This document shows positions 1-12,819 of a DNA stretch of 36,438 nucleotides, one piece after another. The DNA is from Sphaeroforma arctica JP610 (Eukaryota), in NCBI RefSeq assembly GCF_001186125.1, contig NW_014040217.1:4083-40520 (forward strand). The letters are read 5' to 3'. Below the pieces are notes generated by a model, which searched no databases, was not told the DNA's origin, and saw nothing but the letters and a program-made list of their open reading frames with translations. A program made the translations under genes and the position numbers. Within the stretch, counting starts at the first letter, position 1. Every line of letters starts with the position of its first letter.

Positions 1-140
1 TATATATCTGTCTGCCTGTGTGTGTATATATATGTGTGTGTGTTTCGTGTGTGTATGTGTTTATGTGTTTGTTTTTGGGTATGTGTGTGGGTGTTTGTGG
101 GTGCGCGTGTATTGTGTGTGTGTGGGTACGTGTGTCTGTG
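1..140. repeat. Degenerate (GT)n/(AT)n microsatellite
   Basis: Imperfect gtgtgt/tatata runs directly visible. Confidence 0.85.
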
Positions 141-2441
141 TAGATATATGCATTTAGTTGATGATATATCTCTCCATATTGCTGTGTAACGCACTGAATA
201 TGCTCGTTCGATTGAGTTCTATCATTTTGTATAGAATTACCCACACTGTTTATCAGGCTGGTGATTATAAAATTCTGAGATGCACACGACTATAGCACTG
301 CAATTCATACACCATGACATTATAACAGACAGCAGACAAAACTAGTGTGATACCTTTCTTACTCCCGTCATTCTGATCCATGTTGATGGTGGTGAATAGC
401 GCAATACTTTGATAGACACCCTGTTCTGTTTCGGTGTCGAGGCTGGTATTGTCTTATGCCTAGCCACATTAAGACGTAAGCCCCTTGTCGCCTGAAATTA
501 GGTGCACTGTTCCTCGACAACTAAATGATTGCGTTGAGCTGAAAATGGGGACCATGGGCATGATATCTGCCTGTAGTATTAGTAGTATCCAACTGAAGTT
601 GATTCACTGACAAGATTCGATCATGACAAGCTATTTATATACTGAACTGCCACTGTTGCCACTTGCCAACAGACAGCTTTGCTCTTATCATTACGCTCAT
701 CAGCCATAGCCCTCTTTAATAATACAATCAGCGTCTAAAATAAATATATTTAGTTTTTTTTTTTTTAAAGGGGGAACATACATTGGGTCATAGGCTCACT
801 CTGTGCTGTACAATGTTGGGTTATCTATTGATATAAAACTCTGCTATCTATCGATCACAAATACATACTGAAATTCAAATTCCCACTTTCCCGGTGCAGG
901 AATCTATTTATAGACTTTTAAGGTATTCAAAAATTTACATAGGCTGACTTTATTTCGGTAAAGTCCTCCCTTTGTTTATTCAGGAGGCTATGTTTTGTAT
1001 ATGTGGTCATGTCCAATTGTACTCGTGATTTGCGTAACCACCGCGAGTAATCCTCATACGGTTGAAAGAGATAGCACTGATGTGAGATGCGGATAGACCG
1101 GGTAATATTTTTTTCCCGCGTAAAACCCTAAAACCCCCTGCAGTACGTACATGATGGTTCTGAAATATGGACTGATTCGATCACACTGGACTTGAGGCTG
1201 GGAAAACACCAGTTGGATCCTGATAAAATGTGTCAGTAATTTTAAAATTACAGATCTGGCTGGAAGAACAGGCTTCCTTCGAAGATTCCAGTATTGATCA
1301 TTAAGGACTTAACCCGAATGCTGGTTTGTGTAGAATGTGAATTCAGCCATAGTTTCTCATTCTTGTGCCAATTCAAGATAAATGCCACATTAGCCAATAC
1401 AGCCAGCATGGGCTCTATCACATGGTCATTTTTTTTAGTAATGTCGACATTGACATATATATCGGTACAATACCATGGGGACTGTCTGGTCATGGTGACT
1501 GTTTTCCACGGCAACCTTTAACAAATATAAGCACTTACTTCCGCGGCAACATTTAACAATCATAAAGACTGACTTACACGACCACCTATGACAGACAGGC
1601 AAATGCTACCATAATGATTGCCTATTTTTTTGAATTCAGATAATTTGTGGATACTTCTCGACATCAAACCTACATGCATGCCCATCACACCGCATCACAT
1701 CTCACATGCATCACAATAGTTGTATATGATAGCTTCTTGAATAAAAAGGCAGCTCCTTGAATGTTACTGAATATTTCTAAATATTGTAATTATCTTGACA
1801 AAAACCCGACCAACTTTTCTTTAGATGGTTGCTTCTTGGATTTTGCAGCCTTATTTTAGATGACGATACGTTGATAAACGTTGGTATTATTCAATTCCAC
1901 AAGCATATACTTTGTAATCTCCAGTTCGATCACATCTATTTCTCCAGTTTGAATTGACTATTTGTTCCCAATTTCCAATTAATTTTCTGAAAGTGATTGC
2001 TGTACATGTGTTTAATTTTTCGACTAGGCACAGGTCTTGCCTTCACTTGCGCTTGAAGTCCGCTTCGCTTGCGTGATCTCCACAACCTAGTGATGCTCGC
2101 AGATGTATGTTACCGCGTATTCCGCGCCGCAATACAGTTTCATGGGATACCCGTGTGACCTCTTAGTTTAATTGGGCATGAGAATACTGGAGCACTCGAG
2201 GGATGCTAAGATCTGGCAGTCGGCATATGCACACTCTGATTGAGTAAGATACCATCCAGCAGAAGTTCTCGTCCGTGTTCGGATGAGTTCATTCTATTCG
2301 TACCCTGGCATCCATTATGATTTTCTTCGGGAGTGCAATTGTGAGCGCAATCCTCTCTCTATACCTTATCCTATATTATACTTTTTAAGTATCACTATCA
2401 AACTCAACCCTTCGCGTTATTGATATCTGACGCTTCACAGT

Positions 2442-4427
2442 TTACTTCGAGCGGGTAGTCACAGGGGCGGTGCTCTGTACACCCACTGTGGACTCCTGCC
2501 CGGCCACGGCTGCTGGCGTGTGACGTTCTGCCAACTCGGGGTCACCTTCTTGAGCTCCGGCGGCCATAATACCTGCCTCGTCCTCGGGGTTGTTCTTCCA
2601 TTGGAACGCGAAGTAGTTGAGTGCACCTCCAAATGGTCCACCACAGAGTGGCGCTACCCAGTATAACCACTGATCGTCCCAAGAGCCTGAAACCACAGCT
2701 GATGCAAAACTACGGGCTGGATTGATTCCACATCCTGTAACAGGAATCATCATAATATGTGCTAGGAACACTGCGAAGCCAATAGCGATAGGGGCGTTGT
2801 GATGCGCGAATTCGGATCCTCTGGGGTCAACTGCAGTACCAAAAATGGTAAAGACTAGCAGGGCAGTACCAAAGAACTCTATGAAGAACGCCTATTTATA
2901 AATAAGCGGAGAGAGGGGGATAGAGAATGTGTACAGTTAGTTTACATCACGATTGTAAATGCATTTTAAGTACAACTGCTTGAAACATCGAATTTGCCAT
3001 TTGACCGTACTGTCACACCGTACTGTCACGATTAACCTTGTCAAGCTCACGATTACACATTCTCCACTGTATATCAGGCACTTATACAGCCAATGAGTGG
3101 CTATGCTCGATATGCATACTGACATCCCATAAGGTTGCAATACCCATCAATAACAACGCTTTGCCGCCAAGACGAACTGAATAGATCCGCGATGCGATCT
3201 CATTACTAACTGTGCCATGCGACCAATGAGTAATTGGTTTCATATACTCCCCAAATGATGGAGAACGCCCATTAATTACTTCACAAACCCAAATTGCAAT
3301 ACCCATCACTGACTACACTATGCCACATATATTTTCAATAAAATGCTTCCATACCTGAGCAGTGCTGGTAACATTGTGGTCATATCCGTTAGCACCAAAG
3401 GCAACAGCATCGGTAACTTGATTTGGCCACAAAGCATCCACCATGGCTACACCACATGTGGCACCCAGGGTTTGAACTATAATATACCCTATGCCTCGTA
3501 TGACATTGATCTTACCGAAACAAATCTAGGAAGAAGAGAGAGGAAAAAGAAGAAGAGTACGAGTTAGGTTTCGACACTGAATTTTATATGCGCGCCAAGA
3601 TTCATTTAACCTATGTAGAGTGATCCTTCGATAGATTGTGACCAAAGAATTGAAAACAAGCACATTGAAGAAATAGAAACGAGCGCAAATGATCACATTG
3701 AAAACCTCACGCAACTTCCAGCGGACACTCACCATAGCCATAGTAACTGCTGGATTCAGGTGACCGCCACTTATATGTGCAATCGAGAAAACCAGCACCA
3801 TAATTGACATTCCGAACGCGAAAGCGATAGTGAGCACCATGGCTGTATTGAAAGCATACTTCCCACCGACTTGTGGTTGATACGCCGGATCCACTTGTCG
3901 TTCCGTACCACTAAAAACCTGTGGCAGTAAATCCTCCTACAGATTTGTTCAAGAAAATGTCAGTTCGAGGCGCCATTGCTAGACCACGCTTGACACGTTT
4001 GCATTTTGACGGAACACGTGTTTTGCGGTTGATTTAAATAGCAAGGCACAACAAAATCGAACATAAACACGGCCACGAAGCACGAGTCTTTATTAATAAA
4101 TACAGACCACGAACTCACCACGAGCGAAGCACAAAACATTAAACCAAATAAATCACTGTCAACCAACATAAAATAGTTGACAAATGGTATAACGAGAGAA
4201 CAACGACTCCACAGGATAGCAAAGGCAGGGACATAAATTTGTATCGACAATTATTGATCTTAATAACTTACCACACTCGCTGCTAAGGCGCCGTAGAACG
4301 AGCAGACCACTCCGATGGTCACAAAGAGAAAGAAAAACATGCCAATAAATTCCGCTGAGTATGATCTTATTGCTGCGTGCCCACCCCATTTCTTGAAGGA
4401 AAGTTCTGAACTCATACCGTGACCCAT
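2442..4427 (-). CDS. Aquaporin (MIP family), 4 exons: complement(join(2442..2891,3355..3525,3733..3918,4272..4427)), 320 aa
   Basis: Motifs AEFIG (TM1), HISGGHLNPAVT, QTLGA, IEFFGT, APIAIGFAVFLAH and TGCGINPARSF...WLYWVAPL. Three GT-AG introns (donors GTAAGT, GTGAGT, GTATGG), all phase 0. Exons of 156/186/171/450 nt join into an uninterrupted frame; exon 3 is absent from the ORF track. The start Met could be the next in-frame ATG. Confidence 0.95.
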
Positions 4428-4990
4428 TTTTGCGATTGTCTGTGTACAAGTACCTTTTAAAGTAGTAATGAACAACTTACGAAGTAACTAGTGACGAAAG
4501 TCTTCTCCTTCCTCGTCCTTTTAACTAAAATAAAGCAAATATTTATAAATCCCTCGCCTAGCATGAACTTCTGAAGGAAGATCAACTTCCACACAAAAAG
4601 TGACAAGTCGTTTGTGAACAGGATCAGTTGTTGCACAAGTTTACACTCACATGTCTCAGTAGTCAGTACTCAGTAATCCCCCTTTTCATAGCCTACATTC
4701 TATAAAAAGGCAACATTTCACTATGCAGATTGCAGCATTGCAGCCGCCAACCAGTGAGCAATTTTCATCAATTTCAGGCTGTTTGGCGCCTACTACTAGG
4801 TGGACAAATATTTGCCATTTATTTGTTTTTATTGCGACCAATGATGTACGCAGAACTATTATATTTTTTATATCTATCAACGATTCAACTATTTATTGTC
4901 TGTGCGGTTAATTAAATTTTGTGCTTAGTAGCTGGCCCTAATGCCCTTGGTCCTTTTTCTTTTTTTTAAACAGATACTGTATTTTAAAAG

Positions 4991-5420
4991 GGCGGTTCGG
5001 AACTTCGGATGTACTCCTTTGTTTTAGGGTTTATTTTGAGCCCAAATACAAGGGGGGGGGGGACAACAAATTACGATATCGACATTGAATCCTAGTTTTG
5101 CCCTAGTTTGAGGTACATTCTCAAACCCTAAGATTGTTGTATTTGAAAAAGATATTGCTTGATATTTACAAAGTGTTTGGGACTTTAGTATAAATGGTCT
5201 CTCTAGTGAGCTCTAATTTTTTTTGTAAATCGTTTACGACATCAGATATTCCAGTTCGACGTACACGATATAGTTGGCCAAAATGTATTATATTGGATTA
5301 AAATGTGCCTATATGTACAAATTTAAAAGTGCAAAATGCACCAAAAATCCAAAAATAAAAATAAAAATTCCAGAGGGGGTGGTTAGGGGACCCTAAACAA
5401 AGTAGCACATCCGAACCGCC
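4991..5420. mobile_element. Candidate MITE (non-autonomous DNA transposon), ~430 bp
   Basis: Left end GGCGGTTCGGA...TTCGGATGTACTCCTTTGTTTTAGGGT versus reverse complement of right end GGCGGTTCGGATGTGCTACTTTGTTTAGGGT. AT-rich non-coding interior; no clean TSD. Confidence 0.6.
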
Positions 5421-6028
5421 TAAAGTCGAAACTGCATTTTGTGGGGCGGGGGGGGGGGGGGGTTGCTAGAGGCAATAACCGAGCTCACCTTGATAAAAAA
5501 AAAAGCAAAAACAAGAGTTGAAACTTGTGGTATAATAAAGCAAAATATATTTTTACAAGCCAAGGGGTTTCATTCAAGTTTCAAAGCTTCAACTCTCAAA
5601 TCACAAGAAGTCAAGATGTATTTTAATTTATGCTATTGTTTTCGTTTTGTGATTGTTTTTTTTATAAAAACCAATATCAGACGCAATAATGTACATACTT
5701 ATGTAAATATTAAAATAGAGTAAAATGTCTATTGTCTATATTAGGAAAATTGAGGTGAGTAAACCTTGTTCTCAGGTCTCTTTTCATAGGCTTCTAAAAT
5801 AAAACACTTTTTTATTCATATTTTATTTTCTTTATAAAACTATTTATTATGTAGTTCGAACATGAAGATTCAAAGTGCAAACCAAAAGTCCAAGAGCTGA
5901 CAGCCTGACAATCTGACATTCGTGATTAAAAAGGCATCAGCCAACAGGTTACAGGCAGTCAGGCAGCAATGAATGATTGAAGGTATTTTATTTTTCTTCC
6001 GCAGAACTTCAGAAGCAGTGAGAAGTAT

Positions 6029-6412
6029 GTATGTATTACAATATATTTATTTACATAAATACAGACAATGTATGTATTACAATGTATTTATTTACATAAA
6101 TACAGAGACACTAATAGTAGACACTGACCAATGTAAATAGAGTAAACAGACAGTGGATTACACTCATCAGTATATTTAATTGCTACTAGTACTCTAGATA
6201 CTCTCGCTCTCGCTCTCTGTATAAAGTTAATACGCAGCGGGGAGTATGTATTATAATGTATTTATTTACATAAATACAGAGACACTAAAGTAGACACTGA
6301 CCAATGTAAATAGAGTAAACAGACAGTGGATTACACTCATCAGTATATTTAACTGCTACTAGTACTCTAGATACTCTCTCTCTCGCTCTCTGTAGCAAGT
6401 CAATACGCAGTG
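6029..6412. repeat. Tandem duplication, ~174-bp unit x2 (6070-6243, 6244-6412), preceded by an extra 41-bp partial unit
   Basis: GTATGTATTA..ATGTATTTATTTACATAAATACAGA begins at 6029, 6070 and 6244; the two long units are near identical. Confidence 0.9.
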
Positions 6413-6589
6413 GACAATTGAACACCCTGGACATTTATGTTGAAATTTTTTAAACTGCTTTACATAGCGTCATAACCTCCTATGTTCTTTTTACATATTT
6501 AAAAAATAGAAGGCTATTTAGACCTTGTCTATACGACAGCCGTCACTATAAAATTATTAACGCCCGAGCCCTGTCCAAAATCGCATCCT

Positions 6590-7098
6590 GTGGGCCCACG
6601 TAAAGCGACTTTGGCCCAAGTGCCGAACTATAAGCGTGTACACCGCAAAAAGTATCTTTACCGATACAACAGTCAAGTATTAGTTTTCGGTACACAATCT
6701 ACACCTATTGGCTTACCCCCATCCTCGCTTCTCGACCGGATTATGACGGATAACCTGGTCCTTCTCGGTATTTCGTACTCTGCGCTAACCCATTCCGTGA
6801 CACTACACGGCGCAGACCCGATCCGTACCACAGAGGTGGGTACTCTACTTAGTAGGTCAGCAAGCGAATATATGGAACATTCGAAAGTAACAGTGTTTTG
6901 TCAACACCGGCCCGAATTGACTCAGCACATATCTTCCATTGTCGACTCACTTGGCCCAAGCTTCAAACGGGAATTTACTGACCACTTCTTCCCATCAATT
7001 TTTCCTGAACCACTACAGCGACTATGAGAGCCATACCATCTGTTCATACATTGTATCATACATATTTGCCACTTTTGGAATAAACAATATTATCCCTA
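6590..7098 (+). mobile_element. 5'-truncated copy of the LINE at 27422-30710 (ORF C-terminus and 3' UTR)
   Basis: 6771-7098 aligns without gaps to 30383-30710 (328 bp), encoding the same ...DHFFPSIFPEPLQRL* peptide and ending at the same ATTATCCCTA. Left boundary uncertain. Confidence 0.8.
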
Positions 7099-7856
7099 TC
7101 ACCTGAAATAGAATACAAGGCTATGTAAAATATGATCGTTTGATGTCTAATTTGTAGATAGACATAAGAACGTAAGTCAAGTTATTGTAGATACATTAGC
7201 TAATATAAATGTAAATACATCTGAAGAAAAGTTAAAAAAAGAAAAAAGACATTGAATTTTGGAGATTGGCGGAAAGACCAAAACCTGTAAGTAGTATTTC
7301 AAAGATTTCAAAATTTAGTTTATAGTATCCTACATCTACTATCGTCTCAAATAGGTCCACGTTAGTGAGTCATATCAAATACTCAGGCTATTGGAGCCAT
7401 CAAAGTGAATTTAGAACCATTTGGAAATATTAGAGAAAAAAAACTTGAATTAAATAATTTAAATACACATAAAACCCAATGAGTTTTCTCGTTTTGATCG
7501 GGATATTTTAGACTGACCGGAGGCCGTATTTCTACAACAGCAAGTAGGCCCAGCTCTTCTGATATTCTCTGCCGATATTTATACTGCGCTTAAAGCCGAA
7601 TAAAAGGACGCAGCTTTGGGTACGTATCTGTTCTTTGAAATAATCAATTCATTCATAATACAGTCATTCTTGACTGTACTGATTACCAAGAACTACACCT
7701 CTTTCCAGCCCTCTCGATCAGCGACTGATAGAAGCAGAAGAAATAGCTAATTGGCTGCATGACGACTGGTACCAAAACCTCGCTCAGAAGAACCCGGATA
7801 TAATAATTAATAAAGACGCCGACGACGAGTAAGACAACAATGACGACATTGAGGTT

Positions 7857-7992
<136 letters not shown>

Positions 7993-8041
7993 ANNNNNNN
8001 NNNNNNNNNNNNNNNNNNNNNNNNNNNNNNNNNNNNNNNNN

Positions 8042-8100
<59 letters not shown>

Positions 8101-8102
8101 AG

Positions 8103-8144
<42 letters not shown>
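8042..8144. repeat. (TTAG)n followed by (GT)n simple repeats
   Basis: Directly visible. Confidence 0.95.
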
Positions 8145-8145
<1 letters not shown>

Positions 8146-8146
<1 letters not shown>

Positions 8147-8999
8147 TAAAATTCGGTACAATACGTTAATACGTTAAAATGTAAAATGTTAAATATGTTT
8201 AACTTCGGCCCTTGGTTATGAGCAAACGATTAGAGGATTTTAGACTGAGACTATTGTCTATATGATCTGCTCTAATCACTCACTCCTTCGGTCTAGATTT
8301 ATTTATGTTTTAGTTACTAAGACTAGATATAATTTCATTGGACGCATAGTTTACATTTCACGTCTCGAAACAATTACCTAATCAAACTAACCAATAAAGT
8401 ATATCTATGTCCAACTTAAGAAAATAGAAATAAAATCAAAACACCAAGCTGGTGCAGTATACATCTGCACCTAAACCCCATCACTTGGTACCTAGCTCCC
8501 CATCTCATTTAAGGCATAGACGGGCCCATCTAGTTGGCTGGCTAGGAGGAATCAAAACAATGTTGTCCTAAATTCTAACAACTCTGATCTTGTCCTTTTC
8601 TCAGTGGATTATCTTACTCTGAGATCCTTATTGAATTATACCATAGATTTGTACCTACAACCATTTCATGCCTGAGACCCTCTCTCATGGTACTCCCATT
8701 AATTAGAGATTCCGAAAGTGTCATTTTCAGGTGTTAGATTGGTGTCGTTCCTATTTAAAACAATTCTAATTTCAGTGAAAAAAACTAATCTATATTTGGG
8801 AAACCACCTAATTGTCCACAGTAGAGTCCCACACTCTACTGAGTACTGTCACATGTTCAGAATCCTGAATTTCTCAGTTCTTGTTCATGTCCAATTCGTT
8901 AAATGTTTGACAGTATTATAAGTATAAACGTTATTATGTTTATACGTTTATAATATACGTTACCTGTGCAACTACTATTAGGAACCCGCTATTTTTACA
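8146..8999 (-). repeat. 3' LTR of element A (~855 bp)
   Basis: Minus-strand TGTAAAAATAGCGGG starts 3 nt after a G15 tract. The far end (plus strand GTAAAATTCGGT) and internal GAGGATTTTAGACTGAGACTATTGTCTATA resemble the LTR family at 12095-12819 and 23428-23649. Confidence 0.7.
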
Positions 9000-9002
9000 T
9001 AG

Positions 9003-9017
9003 CCCCCCCCCCCCCCC
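9003..9017 (-). promoter_or_regulatory. Polypurine tract (G15) of element A
   Basis: Lies between the pol stop (9156) and the LTR TG start (8999). Confidence 0.75.
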
Positions 9018-9155
9018 TCAGCTTGAAAATTATAATGTTGGCTTATACGTGGTATTAGCACATAGACTCAAATCTCACATGAATTGTACAAGCGAAAAGA
9101 AAAGAAAATGCTGATGTTGTATTCTCTTAGACAAAGTATACTTAGACGTTATAAG

Positions 9156-10575
9156 TTACTCGGTTACTCTATTACGTTTGGGCTTTGGTCTTTGTGGTCC
9201 CCGATGGTGGATGGGACGTTTCTTAATGCCTTTTGGAGGTACGTACATTCCATGCTGTTTAAAGCTGGGAATGTATGATGTCTGTGGATAGATCTTACAC
9301 ACTTCGGGTCGCTTATTCGATGGTAAGATTGTTTCTGCATCAGCCTTATTTTTGTGTAAGCGTTTGCGAAACTTCTTATTAAAATCCTTTAGTACATCCG
9401 GATCATCAAATGCTGATGGTGGAAGATCATACTGTGCTCCATCGGCGAGCTCCGTAGTGTAATATGTCATATCCTCATGTTTGTACTTCCCTAGAATCTA
9501 CTTAAACTCGTAAGACATAAGAGGTGTTATAGCTTCACATGTGCGACGAAGGATGATTTCTGTTGTAGGGATTCGATGTGGCCCGATATTTAAGGCACTA
9601 GAGTCATCAACGTTGTTAACTTCATACGTTCCGCTCTTCTTATCGGCCACAGAGATCATAAATAATCCAATATATTTAGCCGTAAGCACAGTTGTATCGA
9701 AGTTGCGAGCCATATCGTTGACTATATTGTCTACCTCAAACTCGACTATTTTCTTGGTGTCATTCCATCGCTTTTGTCTCTTCTTAAGAGCGATATCCCT
9801 CATCTCCCTTAAGCAAGGATAGACCACATCTCTGGTCCGACACATCTTCTCTAACCATGGTAACACATGATCATCTTGAGACTCTTTGTTGAAGGGGATC
9901 TGTAATTCACTATAACGGCCCAGGAAATAGTGAGCGGGTGTTGTACCAGTGACTAAATCAGGGGATTCGCTTATCTGTGTCTGTACTCAATTGATTGAGT
10001 ACGGCCACATGTCAGCATCATCAAGTAGTGCTCCTCGCATGAACTCCTTCATCTTTCTGTGTCGTACCTCGTTCGCACCTTGTGTCTGAGGCTTGTAAGG
10101 TACACCCATCGTATGGCATGATCCCGCAACGAGTGACAGTGTCGTCATGACATCTCTTGTAAACTCACTACCGTTGTCGGAACATACAATAGCTGGCCAG
10201 CCGAAATCTGCGAAACATTTATATATGCTCTCAGCCACAGTTTGTGTTGATTTATCTTTCAGCGGATACGATACATTATATCTTGGTGCGACATCAAACA
10301 CGTGACAGACATATTATTCCTTCGTGCGTTCGGACGTGGGTAGCTCAACCAAATCAATGATATCCCGGCGCCAAGACTCGTCATCTGATACGCTGCGTAA
10401 AGGTGCGCATCCGTAGCGCTTGATCCAGTTAACTTCGCAGTTGTTACATTCGTGATACACCTGAGATATATAATGCTTGAGGTTCGGGTTTACGATTTCG
10501 TACCTCTTGCAATCTTTCTCAGTTCTAACCTTATCCATGTGCTTAAGAGCATGATTTTGTCATAACCACTTCAGA
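9156..10575 (-). pseudogene. Integrase (HHCC, DDE core, GPY/F-like) plus chromodomain-like C-terminus of element A
   Basis: NHALKH...CNNC; D(IIDL)-D(SDNG)-E(GANE); AKYIGLF; YEFK*ILGKY...YYTTELADG...PSAFDDPDVLKDF, then a basic tail. Disrupted by stops and frameshifts. Confidence 0.88.
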
Positions 10576-11010
10576 ATCGCCTCCTGTGATTTACTTATTA
10601 CATTGAAATCAGGAGGTGAGGATTCCCGCGTCATCACCTGGACTCGAAGACTCGTCTTGTCCAATCTCGCCTAAAGCTTCTATATCGTGAATCCGACTGA
10701 TGTTTGTTCTATCCATTAGTTGAGTCACATGATCATATACCTCGGGAAAGTCATTCATCAATTGCTTAAGCAATCCAGTTTCGGCTTGGTATGCAGTTTC
10801 CCTGTCAGACCGTATCTTGTTGTAGAAGGCTTTCGCTAGTGTTGTGCTCCTCGTTGATTCCTTTAAATTTGGCTGTATCTCGGTAACACATACTGCAGGT
10901 GCTTGTGTTGTCCCAGTCTCTGATTGAGACTTAGGATTCAAGAGTGGAATCTTGGATTCCTCAACCTTCTGTTTGAAAGTCTCGGATGGTGTCCACTTGG
11001 TTGTTCCAAC

Positions 11011-11415
11011 TGGACCTATTCGACATATAATAGTATGTCGCCAAAGCGTCTTTTGGACTGCACGGATACCCTGGTAGGGAAAAGTATCTACCTCTCTATC
11101 CACATAGATCGGCTCACATTGAATCATTGAGATCAACTGTGGTAGCCATGTATCTGAGTGTCTTAGGGAACAACACAACGTGATGGTAGCATCTTGAATA
11201 TGTACATAATTTAGCAACGGTGGTATTAATAGCTATGGAGGATTTGCCCAGGCATTCTCGTGAGACAAGTCTATCTGGAATCCGTCTCCTTCCGGATGTT
11301 CCAGTGACCAGTACCTCGGCAGTTGCGCATTATGATGAGCGGCAAATATATCTATGGTATGTGGTCCATATATGTTGTCAGCGATCTTAAACCACCTAGG
11401 ATTGGCCATTCAATC
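11011..11415 (-). pseudogene. Dam-like DNA N6-adenine methyltransferase domain in pol of element A
   Basis: One frame reads D*MANPRWFKIADNIYGPHTIDIFAAHHNAQLPRYWSLEHPEGDGFQIDLSHENAWANPP*LLIPPLLNYVHIQDATITLC...WLPQL...HTIICRIGP. Both stops (11410-12 TGA, 11233-35 TAG) are one change from TGG and align with Trp in copy B. Confidence 0.85.
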
Positions 11416-12094
11416 TGTAGCTAGTAACTCCCTAACCATCTTGTTATAGTCTGGTACGAAGCGAGACAACATGTCGGTAAATGATTGTGAATATCCGGTA
11501 TATGTGTTATGCCGAAAGAAAATTTTGCGATCGTGTCATGCCACCGACTGACTAACTGTGAGTTAGGTTTCATGTTCTTTAGGTGTTGCAATGACTTCTG
11601 ATCACATAGCACGTTAAAGTGCGTGCCATATGGATAGTCCTTAAAATGAGTGAGTACAGTAACAATAGCCAAAAGCTCTTGTTGCACGGTTGGGTAATTG
11701 ATCTGAGACGAATTCATGGCCCTGCTAAAGAACTGTACATATCATGGTTTCCCATCAATCATTTGATACAAGACGCCACCGAGTGCCATGTCGGACGCGT
11801 CTGTTGCTACCATGAATGGAATATCATCCTTTGGTGGCTGGACTATTGGCGCCTGTTGACCCACTATTTTGAGCTGCTTAAATGCGTCATCACAGTCTTT
11901 GGTCCACAGTGCGCCTAGTTTGCCTCTATGAAATCTCAAATGTCCAAAGGGCTTTAAATAACTTACCAGGTATGGTACTCCGTCAGATGAAAAGTTGCCG
12001 AATCCGCACATGTTGTTGACATCCTTACCCGTGGTAGGAGTTCTCCAGTCTAGCAAGTGGTCGACCTTCCCGGGATCGATCATAATTCCATCCC

Positions 12095-12819
12095 TGTAAG
12101 ATTCGGTCTATCAAGGCGATATTAACGCCTTAGACTAATTAAACGCGTAGGTAAAATTTAAGTATCGTGACATTCAAAGTAAATTAAAAAAATGAGTCTT
12201 TTAGTAAAGTTAGGTATGCCTCGTGAAAACAGCATTACTCTGAGGGATTGTGAGGCTGAGACATTGCCTATATATAATCCTCTCAGTACTGTTTCCGCCG
12301 AAGGGATTTTATTTAGTGTTTCGTTGTCGCTCTATTAGAAACTATAGTATGTTTCGTTGGGGCGAATCCGAGAGACTCATAAAATCCTATCTTTAGAAAA
12401 CAATTAAATTTGAATTTAAAAAAAAAAGACTCTTGATGTCCTTAGTTATTGCATTAACCAATATCGTGCAACTTATCAAGAATTACCGACTTAGCCTTCA
12501 TCAGACTGGCACATCTGGTTGGCTGATCGGAGGATAAACTAGGTAACGTTAATAGTCCCTAGAAATCTATGTTCGGTTGAGCCATCTCGCTACCGAAGTA
12601 TTCAGATATAAATAGATTTGGAAAGTAAATATAGTTATATTAATAGAACTAGACCAAATCTTATGTTTGGTATTTTACAGGGGCCTTTTTAATGGCCTTA
12701 TCCAAATATCTGATATGTAAAATGGAAAGATATTAATTAATAAAACCGTCAAAAACCATATAGTTTACGTACTGCTTAAGTTGTAACATAGAGTCTAGTG
12801 TGGAGGCCCGGCTATTACA
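12095..12819 (-). mobile_element. Solo LTR (725 bp) inserted in the RT of element A
   Basis: TGTAA...TTACA termini; 4-bp TSD TCCC (12091-94, 12820-23). Removing it restores LGYRVSGDGIMIDPGK. 12095-12315 is homologous to the reverse complement of 23428-23649. Confidence 0.92.

Noticed and set aside
1248..1575. Short overlapping ORFs and a 35-bp tandem pair (1506-1575)
   Set aside because: No recognisable motifs or splice-consistent model; likely intergenic.
6029..6412. CRISPR-like array (37-bp repeat three times)
   Set aside because: The intervening sequences are duplicates of each other rather than unique spacers, and the context is eukaryotic.
8042..8102. Telomeric repeat
   Set aside because: The unit is TTAG, not TTAGG(G); it is internal and sits among other microsatellites next to a gap.
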